From contig CAWDGJ010000002.1 in the NCBI GenBank assembly GCA_963801815.1, positions 96,001 to 160,000 on the forward strand: a DNA stretch of 64,000 nucleotides, in the 5' to 3' direction. Numbering within the stretch: the first letter of the stretch is position 1; every line of letters starts with the position of its first letter. The notes under the pieces were generated by a model, which was not told the origin of the DNA, searched no databases, and saw nothing but the letters and a program-made list of their open reading frames with translations. Of the stretch, positions 19,685 through 31,931 are shown piece after piece. The translations under genes were made by a program, and so were the position numbers. Source of the DNA: an uncultured Verrucomicrobiae bacterium (GTDB lineage: Bacteria > Verrucomicrobiota > Verrucomicrobiia > Chthoniobacterales > UBA10450).

Positions 19685-20174
19685 CGTGGCGGAAAGATTC
19701 TTTTTCAGCGCGGCGAGCGCGTAGCGATAGCGGGAGGCCGCGGTGTTCTGCGAAATCCCAAGCGCGCTTGCGATTTCGGCGAAAGTTAGGTCGTTCCAGA
19801 TTTTCATCACCAGCACCTCCCGCTGTTCGGCAGGCAAGCGATCAAGCGCAGCGACCAGCGCGCGCTGTGAATCGTCTTCAATCTCAAATTCGGGCTGCAC
19901 CGATTGATCGGCATCGGAAAACGCAGTCGCTTCCCGACGAGCGCGGCGGCTGTCGCGCCGGATAAAATCGAGCGCAATCGAGCGAACAGTCGCGTAAAGC
20001 AGACCGCGATTGGCGATGTCGTGATTGCCGCCGCCAGAACTTGACGAACGCTTCCTGGACAATGTCTTCGGCGTCAGCTGCCGATCGCGTCCATTGCCGG
20101 GCGAATAAAACCAGGCCGGGCGCAAGCTGAGAAAAGCAAATCTTCCAATTTTCATCGGTGGCGACATTCTCCAT
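19681..20174 (-). CDS. ECF sigma-70 factor (frameshifted)
   Basis: Region 2 DAEDIVQEAFVKFW; region 4 LPAEQREVLVMKIWNDLTFAEIASALGISQNTAASRYRYAL. Confidence 0.88.
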
Positions 20175-20281
20175 GACCTTTTCACGGTCTTTTATAATCG
20201 AGACGCCGCCAACTGATGTTTTTGTCTACTGCCCGTGGGTTTTTTCTTGCCTTGGCTGCGGCTGATTGCGACAACCGCATC

Positions 20282-20689
20282 ATGAACTGGATGGCATTGA
20301 ACTGGATAGCAGTAGTTTGCGCGGCGGCGGCTTACTGGATCATCGGCGCGATCTGGTACATGGCATTATTCGGGAAAATTTGGGCGGCGGGCATGGAGCA
20401 GCACGGCGTGAAGCTCCAGCGTGGCGGTATGGGCGCGAAAATGATCGGCAACTTCCTATGCAATCTCGTGGCCGCGGCGATTATGGCACGCTTGATTGCA
20501 CGTACCGGAATCACCGAACTCGGTAATGGCCTGAAACTCGGAGCGGGCGTCGGCCTTGGGTTTTCCGCGGCGGCACTCACGATTCAATACTTGTGGGAAT
20601 CGAAACCGTTTAAAGTCTGGGTCATCGATGCGAGCCATCATGTCGTTGGATGTGCTGCGCTCGGCGGAATTCTTTCGGTGTGGCAATGA
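20282..20689 (+). CDS. DUF1761-like membrane protein
   Basis: LNWIAV...IGAIWY...LFGKIW with four TM segments. Confidence 0.75.
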   Translation: MNWMALNWIAVVCAAAAYWIIGAIWYMALFGKIWAAGMEQHGVKLQRGGMGAKMIGNFLCNLVAAAIMARLIARTGITELGNGLKLGAGVGLGFSAAALTIQYLWESKPFKVWVIDASHHVVGCAALGGILSVWQ

Positions 20690-20720
20690 TTTTTGCCATG
20701 GGCGATTAGGGTCAATCGTC

Positions 20721-21934
20721 CTACCGCTTCGGCAGCGCGCGCAGAATCAGATTCCCCAACCAATCCGGATTTCCAATTCCGTTTCGGTACGCCTCCAGCG
20801 ATTCCACCGACGAATTCACGCGCAGATTGCTGTAGCTTTGATCGAGATTCTGCCAGCGCTCATGCCAGTAGACCGCCGCCTTCACCCGCGGATAGCGCGT
20901 TCGAAACAGTTCCAACCCCTGCTTGATCCATTCCGGCTTGTGGAGTCCCGGTTCGCCGGCTCGTACGGAAATTCTCCAGTCGCCCACTCCGCAATCATGA
21001 CCGGCTTGTTCGGATCGAGACCGCGAAAGCTCCTGATAAGGCCAATCGACCAGCGAAGTGATATCCGGATTTGGTTCGTCTCTGAACTGTTGGCCGTAAA
21101 CGCTCATCCCTAGCCAATCGACGTAGTCGGAGCCCGGATAATACGACGGCGCAAAATTCCAGGTTTCGAAGCGGGTAGGAATAATTGTTGGTGTGAAACA
21201 TCCATTTGATGTTGGTCGCGCCGCGCGCATCGGACGCGATCCACCACGTGCCGATATGCGCGCCGAAAAGTGTCCGGACCCTTCCAGTTGCGGATTGCTT
21301 CGTCCCATTCGTCGCCGCCGTAATATTTTCCCGACCATGGAAACCATTCGCCGTTCATCTCGTTGCCAAAAACGACGATCATCGGGTGACCGAATTCGCG
21401 CGCCGCGTCGGCCCATTTGTCGATGTAAGCGTCCCATTGTCCGGCGATGATATTGTTCAGACTAAACTTGTCCGGCCCGCGATTTTGCTCGTAGGGCTTG
21501 TCCCACGGCGACCAGAACACCAGCGGCAACGAACCGTGGCGCCAAAGCACGTTTAGGTTCGCGGTCGGAAAACTTTGCTCACCCCAGTAGCTCGACGACG
21601 CAATGATCGCCTGATGTTTGCCGACCATCTGCTCGAAGTCCTCGATCTCCTCCAGATTGACCGCGTCTTCTTCTTCACCGAAATCGATGAACGCGCCGGT
21701 GTAAGCGCCATTTTCCGGAATGACCACCTCGACCGGTCCGTTCGGATCAACGGGATTCTTCAGTGCGGTGTTCTTGTTGCACCCAACAATCAGGAAGATC
21801 GAAATCGTCGCCGCCAGTCGGATTAAATTCGAAATCCGAAACCCGAAATCGGAAACAATGTTCAAGAACCCGGAACCCAAAGTTTCAAAACAACGACGAT
21901 CCGAGAATACCTTCGGATTTTGAACTTTGAACAT
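20721..21934 (-). CDS. Glycoside hydrolase family 26 lipoprotein (frameshifted)
   Basis: Lipobox IVGC, PLVFWSPW, NEMNGEWFPW, YYPGSDYVDWLGMSVY; true start uncertain. Confidence 0.8.
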
Positions 21935-21967
21935 TCGAATTTGTTTCGAGATTCGGGTTTCGGGTTT
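21826..21967. repeat. Heptamer-periodic long imperfect palindrome (CGAAAYC type)
   Basis: AAATCCGAAACCCGAAATCGGAAACAA versus reverse complement of right arm AAACCCGAAACCCGAATCTCGAAACAA. Confidence 0.8.
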
Positions 21968-21974
21968 GATTCAC

Positions 21975-24900
21975 TTAGGCTCGCACCGGAACACTCGCAG
22001 TGCGTTCGAGTTTTCCCCAGCTGACCCACGCACCTTTGATCGCGCGCAAAATTGCTTTCCAAATGCAATAGCTCAACATCGGCCGATAAATCAGGCGCAT
22101 CGGCAAAATTCGCCACGCGTGCCTGAGCGGTTCCTTTTCCAAGATGCAGGCGAGCGTGGCCAGAATGACATCCATTGATAGAAATGTGATGACGAACGGC
22201 AACACCGCGCGCCACGCGCCGAAGGGAAGCGACGACGAGCAGAAACAAATCAACGACTGGCGTGACGGCGACGAGAATAATTTGGAAAAACCAGACGCTA
22301 GGCAAACTGAACCAGCCAAGCGCGCGATAATTCCAGTTGAACACCATGTCGCGATGTTTCCAAAGACACTGAAGCGTGCCGTAAGCCCAGCGAAAACGTT
22401 GCCGCGCCAGCGTGCGCACGGATTCCGGCGCTTCCGTCCAACCGACTGCTTCCGGCACATAAACAATACGTTGTCGGTCTTTGTGCAGGGCAAGAGTGAG
22501 ATCGGTGTCTTCGGCCAGTGTTTGCAAACTCAAACCGCCCGCTTGATCGATTGCGCTTTTCCGAATCGCGCTAATCGCTCCCGGCACGACGGTAATGCAA
22601 TTCCAACGAATGTAGGCGCGGCGATCGAGATTGAACCCGCAGGTGTATTCCAGTGATTGGCAGCGGGCGATAAATGTTCGCAGGTTTCCAACTTTCGCGT
22701 GACCTGAGACAGCGCCAATCCGCTCGTCAGCAAACGGTTCCACCAGCAACCGAAGCGTATCGCCTTGAAAGTGCGTGTCAGCATCGACAAAAACAACGAC
22801 GCCGGTCCGGACTGCCGACAGCGCACGCTGCAGCGCGCGCGCTTTGCCGTGATTTTCCTGGCGAAGCAAGCGCACTCGTGGGTCCCCATCGGCGACGCGT
22901 TCGACTTCGGCGGCAGTTTCGTCGCGCGAACCGTCGTCAACGACAATGATCTCGAGATCGCCTTTATAATCCGTGGCCAACAACGAGCGCAACGTCCCGG
23001 CGATTACTTTCCCTTCGTTGTAAGCAGCGACGACAATGCTGATCGGCTCGGCGAAGGCGATCCGCGGCAAACGCCGGAAACGGTAAGCGAGCCAGATCAC
23101 GATTAACGTCCGAATTACGACCAAAGCAGTCGCGACGATCATGAACGCCCAGAGAAATTCTTCGAGCGCGTGATAAATGCGGAACCCGGTGCTGCTCACC
23201 AATCGGTTCAACGATGAGTTCGTCGGTTGAATCGGCGGCATCACTGCGTCGCGCGATGTTCCGAGCAGTGTACTCACCGGCACAATCGTATCGCCGCGGG
23301 TGTGCAGCCAGTCGAGGATCTGCGGCAACGCAGCGACGGTTTGTGAACGGTCTCCCCCCGCGTCGTGAAGCAAAATAATGCTACCGTCACGACGCTGTTG
23401 TTTAATGCGTTGCAGAATGATGTCCGCCCCGGGCTTTGCCCAATCCTGCGGATCAATATTCTCGAGAACAACCAGGTAATTGAGCTCCTGGGCAATTTGC
23501 AACGGCATGAGCTCGCTCATTTGCGAAGGTTGCGTGTCGGCGGCGTAGGGCGGACGAAACAAAGTCGTCGCCCGGCCGGTGATTGTCTCGAGCAAAATCT
23601 GCGTCGCATTTAATTCGAGACGGACATGCTCCGGCCAGGCCAGTGCCAGATTCGGATGATAATAAGTGTGGTTCCCAATTTCGTGGCCTTCGTCCACGAT
23701 GCGCTTGACCAGTCCCGGATATTTCTCCGCGTTGACGCCAACCAAAAAGAACGCTGCTTTGACCTTTGCCGCTTTCAGAATGTCCAAAATCTTTGGCGTC
23801 CACTCCGGATCGGGTCCGTCGTCAAATGTAATTGCGACCTGATGCTCGCCGCCTGCACCTTGATGGTACAACGTAGGAAATTCGGGAAATTTTGTATACT
23901 TGGCGGTCAAATAACCTTCCGCATCGACCGCGAGTTTGCGCATTCCGTCCTCTCGACTCTCGTCCACAGTCACAATCTCGCCGTCGCCGACATCAGTAAT
24001 CGTGTCGGTACCCTTCAATACCTCGAGAGATTCGCGCGTCTGATTGTCCATTTTGAAATCACGCGGCACAGCGAGAGCATCCCAAATCGCCGGATCCTCC
24101 GTGCCGAGGCGATAAAGCGCGATGCCTCCCGCTTTCTGATCGCGCACCTCCCGCAACTGATTTAGGAAAGTGACAACATCCAGAAACCAGACCGCGTGTT
24201 CCTTGTCGCCGTCTTCAAAATAAAAATACGGATTGTAACTTGGCCCGCTGACTTCGGTCGTTTCAATTTCCGCATCGTGCGCGCGGCTCATCGCTTCAGC
24301 GAAACTGATTAGCTCCGCCTTTTTGCCGCCAACCGTCCAGTCGTAGCCATAGCCACCGAGCGAAATGATCCATTGTTTACTGTCGGCGTCTTCCAATAGC
24401 ACCTGCAGCCAGCCTTCGAACCACGATTTTGATCCAAGCGGCCCAGGCGGATCGATGTCCGATGTCTCATCAAATAACGAAGCGACGAATCGGTCGACGT
24501 TGTCCGAGAGTTCGTCGAAGTCGATGTAATCGAGGTCCTGACCCGGCTGCACGGTCAACCAAAGTTCCTTGTCGTCGTTGTGGAGCGCGTCGCAAAGCTT
24601 GTCGATGAAGGTTGTGAGATCTTTTTTGTAAGCCGGATCGATTTGTTCCCAGTCAACCACGACGCCCTTAGCCTTGGCATCGCGTAACGTCGCGACCACT
24701 TTGGCAAAGAAACGCTCCTGCCGGTCAGCCGGTCCGTGCGCCAGATTTTCAATCGCCTCGGGTTGCCACGTGTCGCCAACCAGGTTCGTCAGCAATGGCA
24801 TCAACGTGATTCCTTTGCTCGCGCAAAATTTCGGCAATCGACTGTCCGCATCGATTTGAATGTCGCCCAGGCCGTTCACGACCGTCATCCATTCCGGACA

Positions 24901-25338
24901 CAGATGGGTGATCAACGACGCGTGTTGTTCGAGCGACGTGTAGCTGTACGGATCGCCGTTCGTGTAATACGCGAGGCGCACCTCATTTGGCGGAGCCTTC
25001 CTTCGCGGCTTCGCGGGAGGCGCTGGCGTCGGCGTTGCCCCTGCCAATTTTTTCGCCGCTTGTTTGGCCGCTCCGAATTTCTGCCAAAGCAACGACGCGG
25101 GAGCAATCTGGCTGGCGGGGTTTGCCCTTTGGAGCGCCTTGAGTTGTCCCTTCAATTGCCGCAACGAGAAAGGGACTCGCATCTGCGGCGCGACGAACAG
25201 CGTCTGCACAAAAAGCACCGTTCCGAGGAACGCCAGCACGCCGACAATGAGCAGGGTGAGGCGCAATCGCGGCCAGCGTTTGCCGGCCGGATCCGAAAAG
25301 ACAAAGGGGGTGAGTTCGTTGGGAGGGATTTCCTGCAT
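21975..25338 (-). CDS. GH18-like / polysaccharide deacetylase (CE4) / processive GT2 fusion (frameshift near 22235)
   Basis: GVVVDWE (GH18); TFDDGP, HEIGNHTYYH, RPPY, ILLHD (CE4); DDGS, DAD, AEDTD, QRFRW (GT2); C-terminal WGKLER in ORF 21975-22493. Confidence 0.9.
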
Positions 25339-25430
25339 GAGCCGGCTATTTTCGCTCAGTTGGGTAAGAAAAAAAGTGCCGTTTCGGAAAATTCTGTCTC
25401 TTCATTGACGTGACCGTTGGACGTGAAGAA

Positions 25431-26549
25431 CTACACGTTCTTCAGTTTTTTCGCCAACTGTCGGGCATTGTCCTGCAACAACTCGGCAGCGCGCTTCATG
25501 TTTTCTGCGGTGCCCATTCCAGGGCGGGCATTTTGGTAAACGCCGGCGAAGAGTTCTCGCACTTGCCGGTCTTCCGTAGCGCGACCAACGAACGCGAAGA
25601 CGACTTTGCCCAATTTGTGCGCGAGTCGCGCGACGCCGGACGGCGTTTTTCCTTCTAACGTTTGTCGATCCAAACTTCCCTCGCCCGTAATCACTACGTC
25701 GACAGCTTTCATTTTTTGCTCGAGCCCGACAAATTTCGCGACCAGGTCGAAGCCCGCCTGAATTTTTGCGCCACAAAAACTCATCAATCCAAACCCAAGT
25801 CCGCCTGCCGCGCCTGCGCCCGATTCATTTCGATGATCAAAACCGAATTGCGCAGTGACAACGTCCGCAAGCTTTGTCAGAGCGCGTTCGAACTCTTCAA
25901 CTTTATCCGGCGTCACACCTTTCTGTGGACCGAACACGAGCGTCGCCCCGTTTTCTCCGAGCAAGGGATTCTTCACATCAACCGCCGCGAAGATCTCCGG
26001 CAATTTCAGATCGCGAGGTCTATAGATTTCTTCCAAGCCTTGCAAACTTGACGGCTTAAAGCCGTCAAGTTTGCCTCCGGCCGCCGTCAGAAAATCAAAC
26101 CCAAGCGAACGCGCCATTCCGAAGCCGCCGTCGTTCGTGGCGCTTCCACCGAGCCCGATGATGATTTGTTCTGCACCACGCTTCGTCGCATCCAAAATCA
26201 TCTCGCCAACTCCAAAGGTAGTTGCCTTCTCAGGATTCAACTCGTTAGGCTGTAAACGCCGCATGCCGGCGGCCTCGCTCATCTCCATTATCACGAGTTT
26301 GTTTTTTTCGACCCAGCCGTAGCGCACATCGATCTTGCGACCTAGCGGATCGTGCGCTTCGCATTTGATCCACGAAGCGCCGAGCGCCTGCGAAATCACT
26401 TCCGCCGTCCCCTCGCCCCCATCTGCCATCGGAATGATTTCGGTGTCGGCGTCCGGCAGAACATCGCGCAGGCCGCTCGCAATCGCGTCAGCCACCTCGC
26501 GTGCGCTCAGGGTGCCTTTGAATTTATCTGGTGCAATGAGGATCCTCAT
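25431..26549 (-). CDS. glxK: Glycerate kinase (GlxK/GarK family)
   Basis: IAPDKFKGTL, ADGGEGT, GLGGSATNDGG, FGPQKG, GAAGGLG, TGEGSLDRQTLEGK. Confidence 0.92.
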   Translation of the reverse strand: MRILIAPDKFKGTLSAREVADAIASGLRDVLPDADTEIIPMADGGEGTAEVISQALGASWIKCEAHDPLGRKIDVRYGWVEKNKLVIMEMSEAAGMRRLQPNELNPEKATTFGVGEMILDATKRGAEQIIIGLGGSATNDGGFGMARSLGFDFLTAAGGKLDGFKPSSLQGLEEIYRPRDLKLPEIFAAVDVKNPLLGENGATLVFGPQKGVTPDKVEEFERALTKLADVVTAQFGFDHRNESGAGAAGGLGFGLMSFCGAKIQAGFDLVAKFVGLEQKMKAVDVVITGEGSLDRQTLEGKTPSGVARLAHKLGKVVFAFVGRATEDRQVRELFAGVYQNARPGMGTAENMKRAAELLQDNARQLAKKLKNV

Positions 26550-26628
26550 TCGGGATCAGAATTCCAAAATCCGAATATCGAATTTGCCAAAGCGAATCTG
26601 CTGTCATCTACAAAACCGTTTGAGGCCC

Positions 26629-28088
26629 TTAGCTGTTTAACTTGCGTTTGAGGATCTCGCCCGCCAGCTGCGGGTTCGCTTTGCCCTTCGACAATTTCAT
26701 CACCTGGCCCTTGAGAAAATTCAACGATGCCGCATTGCCGGCTTTGAAATCAGCGGCCGGTTTCGGATTCGCGGCAATTACCTCATCGCAAATCTTCTCG
26801 ATCGCGCCGGTATCGCTCAATTGCTCGATCCCTTTCTCTTTCACAATCGCGACCGCGCCTTTGCCGCTGGCAAACATTTCCGCAAAAACTTCCTTGCCCT
26901 GTTTGCCGCTGATCTTTCCGCTGTCGATCAAGTTGACCAGCTCGTCGAGCGCCTCGGGCAGGATCGGACAATCGTTGATCGTCTTGCCGGCAGTGCTGAG
27001 AGCGTTTTGCAGATCGTTCAGGATCCAGTTCGCGACGTTCTTCGGCTTCTGCGCACCTTTGCCGCGGTCTCGAAATAACCGGCGAGATCGAGATCATCTG
27101 CCAGCACACCGGCATCGTAGGGTGCTGACTTGATATTGCTCGACAAAGCGCGCGCGTTTCGCCTTCGGCAACTCCGGAACACGCGCCCGCGCCTCGGGTA
27201 ACAACACTCTCGGTCTTCACCGGCACGCAGATCGGGATCGGGAAAATAGCGATAATCATGCGCCAATTCTTTCGTCCGCATGAGGAACGTTTCGGCCAGC
27301 GGCGTCATCCCAGCCGCGGGTTTCCTGCTGAAGTTTCTCGCCGCGTTCCAGCGCTGCGATTTGCCGTTCAATTTCGAACGCCAGCGCGCGCCGCACGCCG
27401 CTGATCGAGTTCATGTTCTTGATCTCGATCTTCGCTCCGAGCTCGGCCTGCGCTTCCGGCCGCACCGAGACGTTGCAATCGCAGCGCAGTTGTCCTTTCT
27501 CCATGTCGGCGTCGCTGACGTCGCCGTAGATCAGGATTTGTTTCAGCGAAGTGAGAAAGGCGAACGCTTCCTCCGGCGAATTGATCTCCGGTTGCGTCAC
27601 GATCTCCATCAACGGCGTGCCGGCGCGATTGAAATCGATCCCGGTGCTGGTCTCGAAGTGAAAACTCTTCGCCACGTCTTCCTCGAGATGAATTCGCACC
27701 AGACGCACTTCCTTTTCGGGCGTCGCGATATTTTTCTGCGCGTCCTTCGGATAAGCGAGATCGTGCAGCGGGACCGCGCCGTTTTCGCAAAGCGGCATGT
27801 CGTATTGCGAGATCTGATAGTTCTTCGGCATGTCCGGATAGAAATAATTTTTCCGGTCGAACTTGCAGACCGGCGCGATGTCGCAATCGAGCATCAGACC
27901 GGTCAGCACGGTCATTCGCAGCGCTTCGTGATTCATGACCGGCAGCGCACCGGGCAAACCGAGACAGATCGGACAGGTGTGCGTGTTCGGCGCCGCCCCA
28001 AATTCCACCGCGGCAACGCGCAAAACATCTTCGAGCGCGTCTTGAGCTGGACGTGAACTTCCAGTCCAATCGTCGCGATGTAAGTCAT
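26629..28088 (-). CDS. gatB: Asp/Glu-tRNA amidotransferase subunit B (several frameshifts)
   Basis: IGLEVHVQLKT, CLGLPGALP, FDRKNYFYPD, IHLEED, DFNRAGTPLMEIV, DYRYFPDPD, FLKGQVMKLSKGKANP. Confidence 0.95.
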
Positions 28089-28101
28089 CTTCTCAGAGCT
28101 T

Positions 28102-28561
28102 TCGCACAATGGACACAAAGGTCACAAAGAAAACCCAGACGGTTCTTCCGCCTCCAGTTGTCCATTGATAAGACGTTTGATTCCATTCTTCAGATGTGCC
28201 TCGCCGAAATTTATCAAGAGACCCAATTTGAGCCCGCTCAAGCGGAGTTGCGTCAAAACCTGCTTTGCATGCAATGGCGATATTGCTTCGACTGATTTCA
28301 ATTCAACAATTACTTTTGACTCTACAAGTAAATCAGTGCGATAAGCTTCATTAAATCGAACGCCATCGTAAATTATCGGCATCGGCCTTTGGCGCTCAGC
28401 GTTCAAGCCACCCTTTTTCAGTTCGTGCGCAAGGACCACTTCGTAAACCGATTCGAGAAGCCCTGGACCAAGCTTGGTATGAACTGCGAATGTAGAGTCC
28501 AAAATTCGTTTAGCGATTTCATTTTCAGTCATCCGCTGTGTCCTTGGGGGACGTTGTGCGA
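28102..28561. mobile_element. Putative GxxExxY cassette bounded by 28 bp imperfect inverted repeats
   Basis: Left 28102-28129 TCGCACAATGGACACAAAGGTCACAAAG; right 28534-28561 reverse complement TCGCACAACGTCCCCCAAGGACACAGCG (20/28 identical, outer 8 perfect). Mobility is inferred. Confidence 0.55.
28122..28532 (-). CDS. GxxExxY protein (PD-(D/E)XK nuclease superfamily)
   Basis: LGPGLLESVYE, YRTDLLVE, VIVELKS, LGLLINFG; visibly more AT-rich than its neighbours. Confidence 0.93.
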   Translation of the reverse strand: MTENEIAKRILDSTFAVHTKLGPGLLESVYEVVLAHELKKGGLNAERQRPMPIIYDGVRFNEAYRTDLLVESKVIVELKSVEAISPLHAKQVLTQLRLSGLKLGLLINFGEAHLKNGIKRLINGQLEAEEPSGFSL

Positions 28562-28563
28562 GG

Positions 28564-29466
28564 CTATTTCTGGACGGCGTAATTGAGCGCCGCGTTCAGA
28601 TCGAACTTTTTCAATCTCGCGCGCAGGTCGGGGTCGTTTGCAGCGTCAATGACCCTGTGGTCCTGGATCAATTCGAGCAGCTGGCCCTGGTTAAGCATCT
28701 GCGCGATTTCCTGATCGTTGCGGAGCGCAATGATCTTGGGGTGCTCGCTCAATTCCTTGGCACCCGGATATTCCAGAAAGCGTTCCGCCGCCTGAGGATT
28801 GGACGCGATTCCGCCGAGCTTCTCGATGAAATCGTAAGTTTGTTGCGGAACGACATCGACCTTTTTGACCGCATTGCCGATCACTCCCATTTCCACCGAA
28901 TTTTTCAGCCGCGCCAGCGATGTAGTTAGCGGCGCTTCATCTTCACTTTGTTCCGAAAAAATTCGGCGCCGCACATCGACCGCGTGAAGCACGCTTGAAT
29001 CGTTTGCCTGTGCCCGCACCTCCGCGTCCGCGACCGATCCAATCGACCGGATCCCGACCACGATCAACCAAACCCAAAAGCAACCAAAGAAAACACCAAG
29101 CAGCGCACCGGTCGACCCGTACAGGATTCGAACAATTAAGGTATCGTGCTGACTGGTTCGCCGAAACAGAGCCGAGCCCGTTCCGCTAATGACGGCATAA
29201 ATGATCAGCGCGAACAGTGCGCCGGCGCAGATCGACAACAGCGCATCAGGCAATCTTACGAACATCCCCAGGAGTGGCCCGAAAAATTTGGTCGCGAACC
29301 AGCCTGCGAAGTAAGCGGCGATCAGCGCCCCAATTCTTGCGACCTGTCGCGGCAAACCACGCCGCCAACCGCGCAGCACCTCGAACACAATCAAAACGAA
29401 CGCGAAAGAAACGAAAACGATTTGCCAAAGCGGCGAACCGGCTGCGGACTGGATTTGCGACATCAT
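28564..29466 (-). CDS. CvpA (colicin V production) family membrane protein with C-terminal extension
   Basis: RGWRRGL motif, four TM segments, GALLGVFFG. Confidence 0.75.
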   Translation of the reverse strand: MMSQIQSAAGSPLWQIVFVSFAFVLIVFEVLRGWRRGLPRQVARIGALIAAYFAGWFATKFFGPLLGMFVRLPDALLSICAGALFALIIYAVISGTGSALFRRTSQHDTLIVRILYGSTGALLGVFFGCFWVWLIVVGIRSIGSVADAEVRAQANDSSVLHAVDVRRRIFSEQSEDEAPLTTSLARLKNSVEMGVIGNAVKKVDVVPQQTYDFIEKLGGIASNPQAAERFLEYPGAKELSEHPKIIALRNDQEIAQMLNQGQLLELIQDHRVIDAANDPDLRARLKKFDLNAALNYAVQK

Positions 29467-30558
29467 TTCTCTGAAACACTAATAGCGCGCTGGCGCAGCG
29501 CATGATCGCACAGAACCAGCGCAGCCATGGCTTCGACCATCGGCACCGCGCGGGGCAACACGCAAGGATCGTGACGTCCGCGGGCGGCCAGTTCGGTTTG
29601 TTCGACGTGATGCTGTCACGGTCTTCTGTTCGCGCGCGATCGTGGCGGTTGGCTTGAATGCCACGCGGAAGTAAATGTCTTCTCCGTTCGAGATCCCGCC
29701 CTGAATACCTCCGGAATAATTTGTCGACCGTCCGAACCTTGCCTCCGCGCATTTCAAACGGATCGTTGTGCTCCGAGCCACGCATTCGCGTCGCGGCAAA
29801 TCCGGAACCGATTTCAAAACCTTTCGTCGCCGGCAGACTCAACATCGCCTTGGCCAGATCGGCTTCGAGCTTGTCGAAGACCGGTTCGCCCAGTCCAGCC
29901 GGCGCGTTCCGCACAACACACTCGATTATTCCGCCTAACGAATCGCCTTCAGCGCGGGTTTTCTCGATCAACGAAATCATTTTCTGTCGCCGCCGCTTCA
30001 TCCGGACAGCGGACAATGTTCGCATCGACATCCGTAATTTTCACCTTCGACCGGTCGACCTTCGCCGCCAGCTCGTGGATTTGGGCGACGTAAGCCACGA
30101 CGTCGATCTTCGGATACAGCGTGCGCAATACTCTTCGCGCAATCGCGCCGGCCGCGACGCGACCAATCGTTTCGCGCGCGGAAGCGCGTCCGCCGCCCTG
30201 CCAGTTTCGAATTCCATACTTCGCCTCGTAGGTGAAATCGGCGTGCGAGGGCCGAAACGTCTTCGCCATCGCGGCGTAGTCTTCCGGCCGCGCGTCTTTG
30301 TTGCGAACCAGAATTGCGATCGGCGTGCCGAGCGTTTTGCCTTCAAAGACGCCGGAAAGAATTTCGCAACGATCTTCTTCCTGGCGTTGCGTCGTGATTT
30401 TGCTTTGGCCGGGGCGACGCCGAGTCGAGCTCGCGCTGAATCTCGGCTTCCGAGATGTCGATCTTCGGCGGGCAACCATCGATCACCACACCGATGCCGC
30501 CGCCGTGCGATTCGCCAAAGGTCGTGATCCGAAAAAGTTGGCCGAAAGTGTTGCCCAT
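29463..30558 (-). CDS. aroC: Chorismate synthase (several frameshifts)
   Basis: [64 protein letters not shown]. Confidence 0.95.
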
Positions 30559-30596
30559 TGAAGCGAAGAAAGTAAGCCAAACGACAGAAAGCGCGA

Positions 30597-30679
30597 GATG
30601 GATCGAGCGCTCCGTGCTCGATGTTATTTTAGGCTGCGCAGCTGCATTTTAGCATCGCCCGTGGAGCGGCCGATCCACC
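30597..30679. repeat. GGTGGA-family palindromic element, copy 1
   Basis: Arms 28/30 and 30/31 identical to the copy at 55306-55395. Confidence 0.9.
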
Positions 30680-30681
30680 TA

Positions 30682-31849
<1,168 letters not shown>

Positions 31850-31874
31850 GCGGACGTAATCTAGCCGCAAATAA

Positions 31875-31931
31875 GGTGGAACGCGATCTCCTAGCGGCGT
31901 TACCAATCGAGCTCGGAGAGCTCGATCCACC
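31875..31931. repeat. GGTGGA-family palindromic element, short copy
   Basis: Minus strand GGTGGATCGAGCTCTCCGAGCTCGAT matches the arm of the other copies; ends in TCCACC. Confidence 0.8.

Noticed and set aside
19157..20185. Natural sigma/anti-sigma fusion protein
   Set aside because: Explained by an indel removing the stop in an ATGA overlap; the N-terminus of this ORF is also out of frame.
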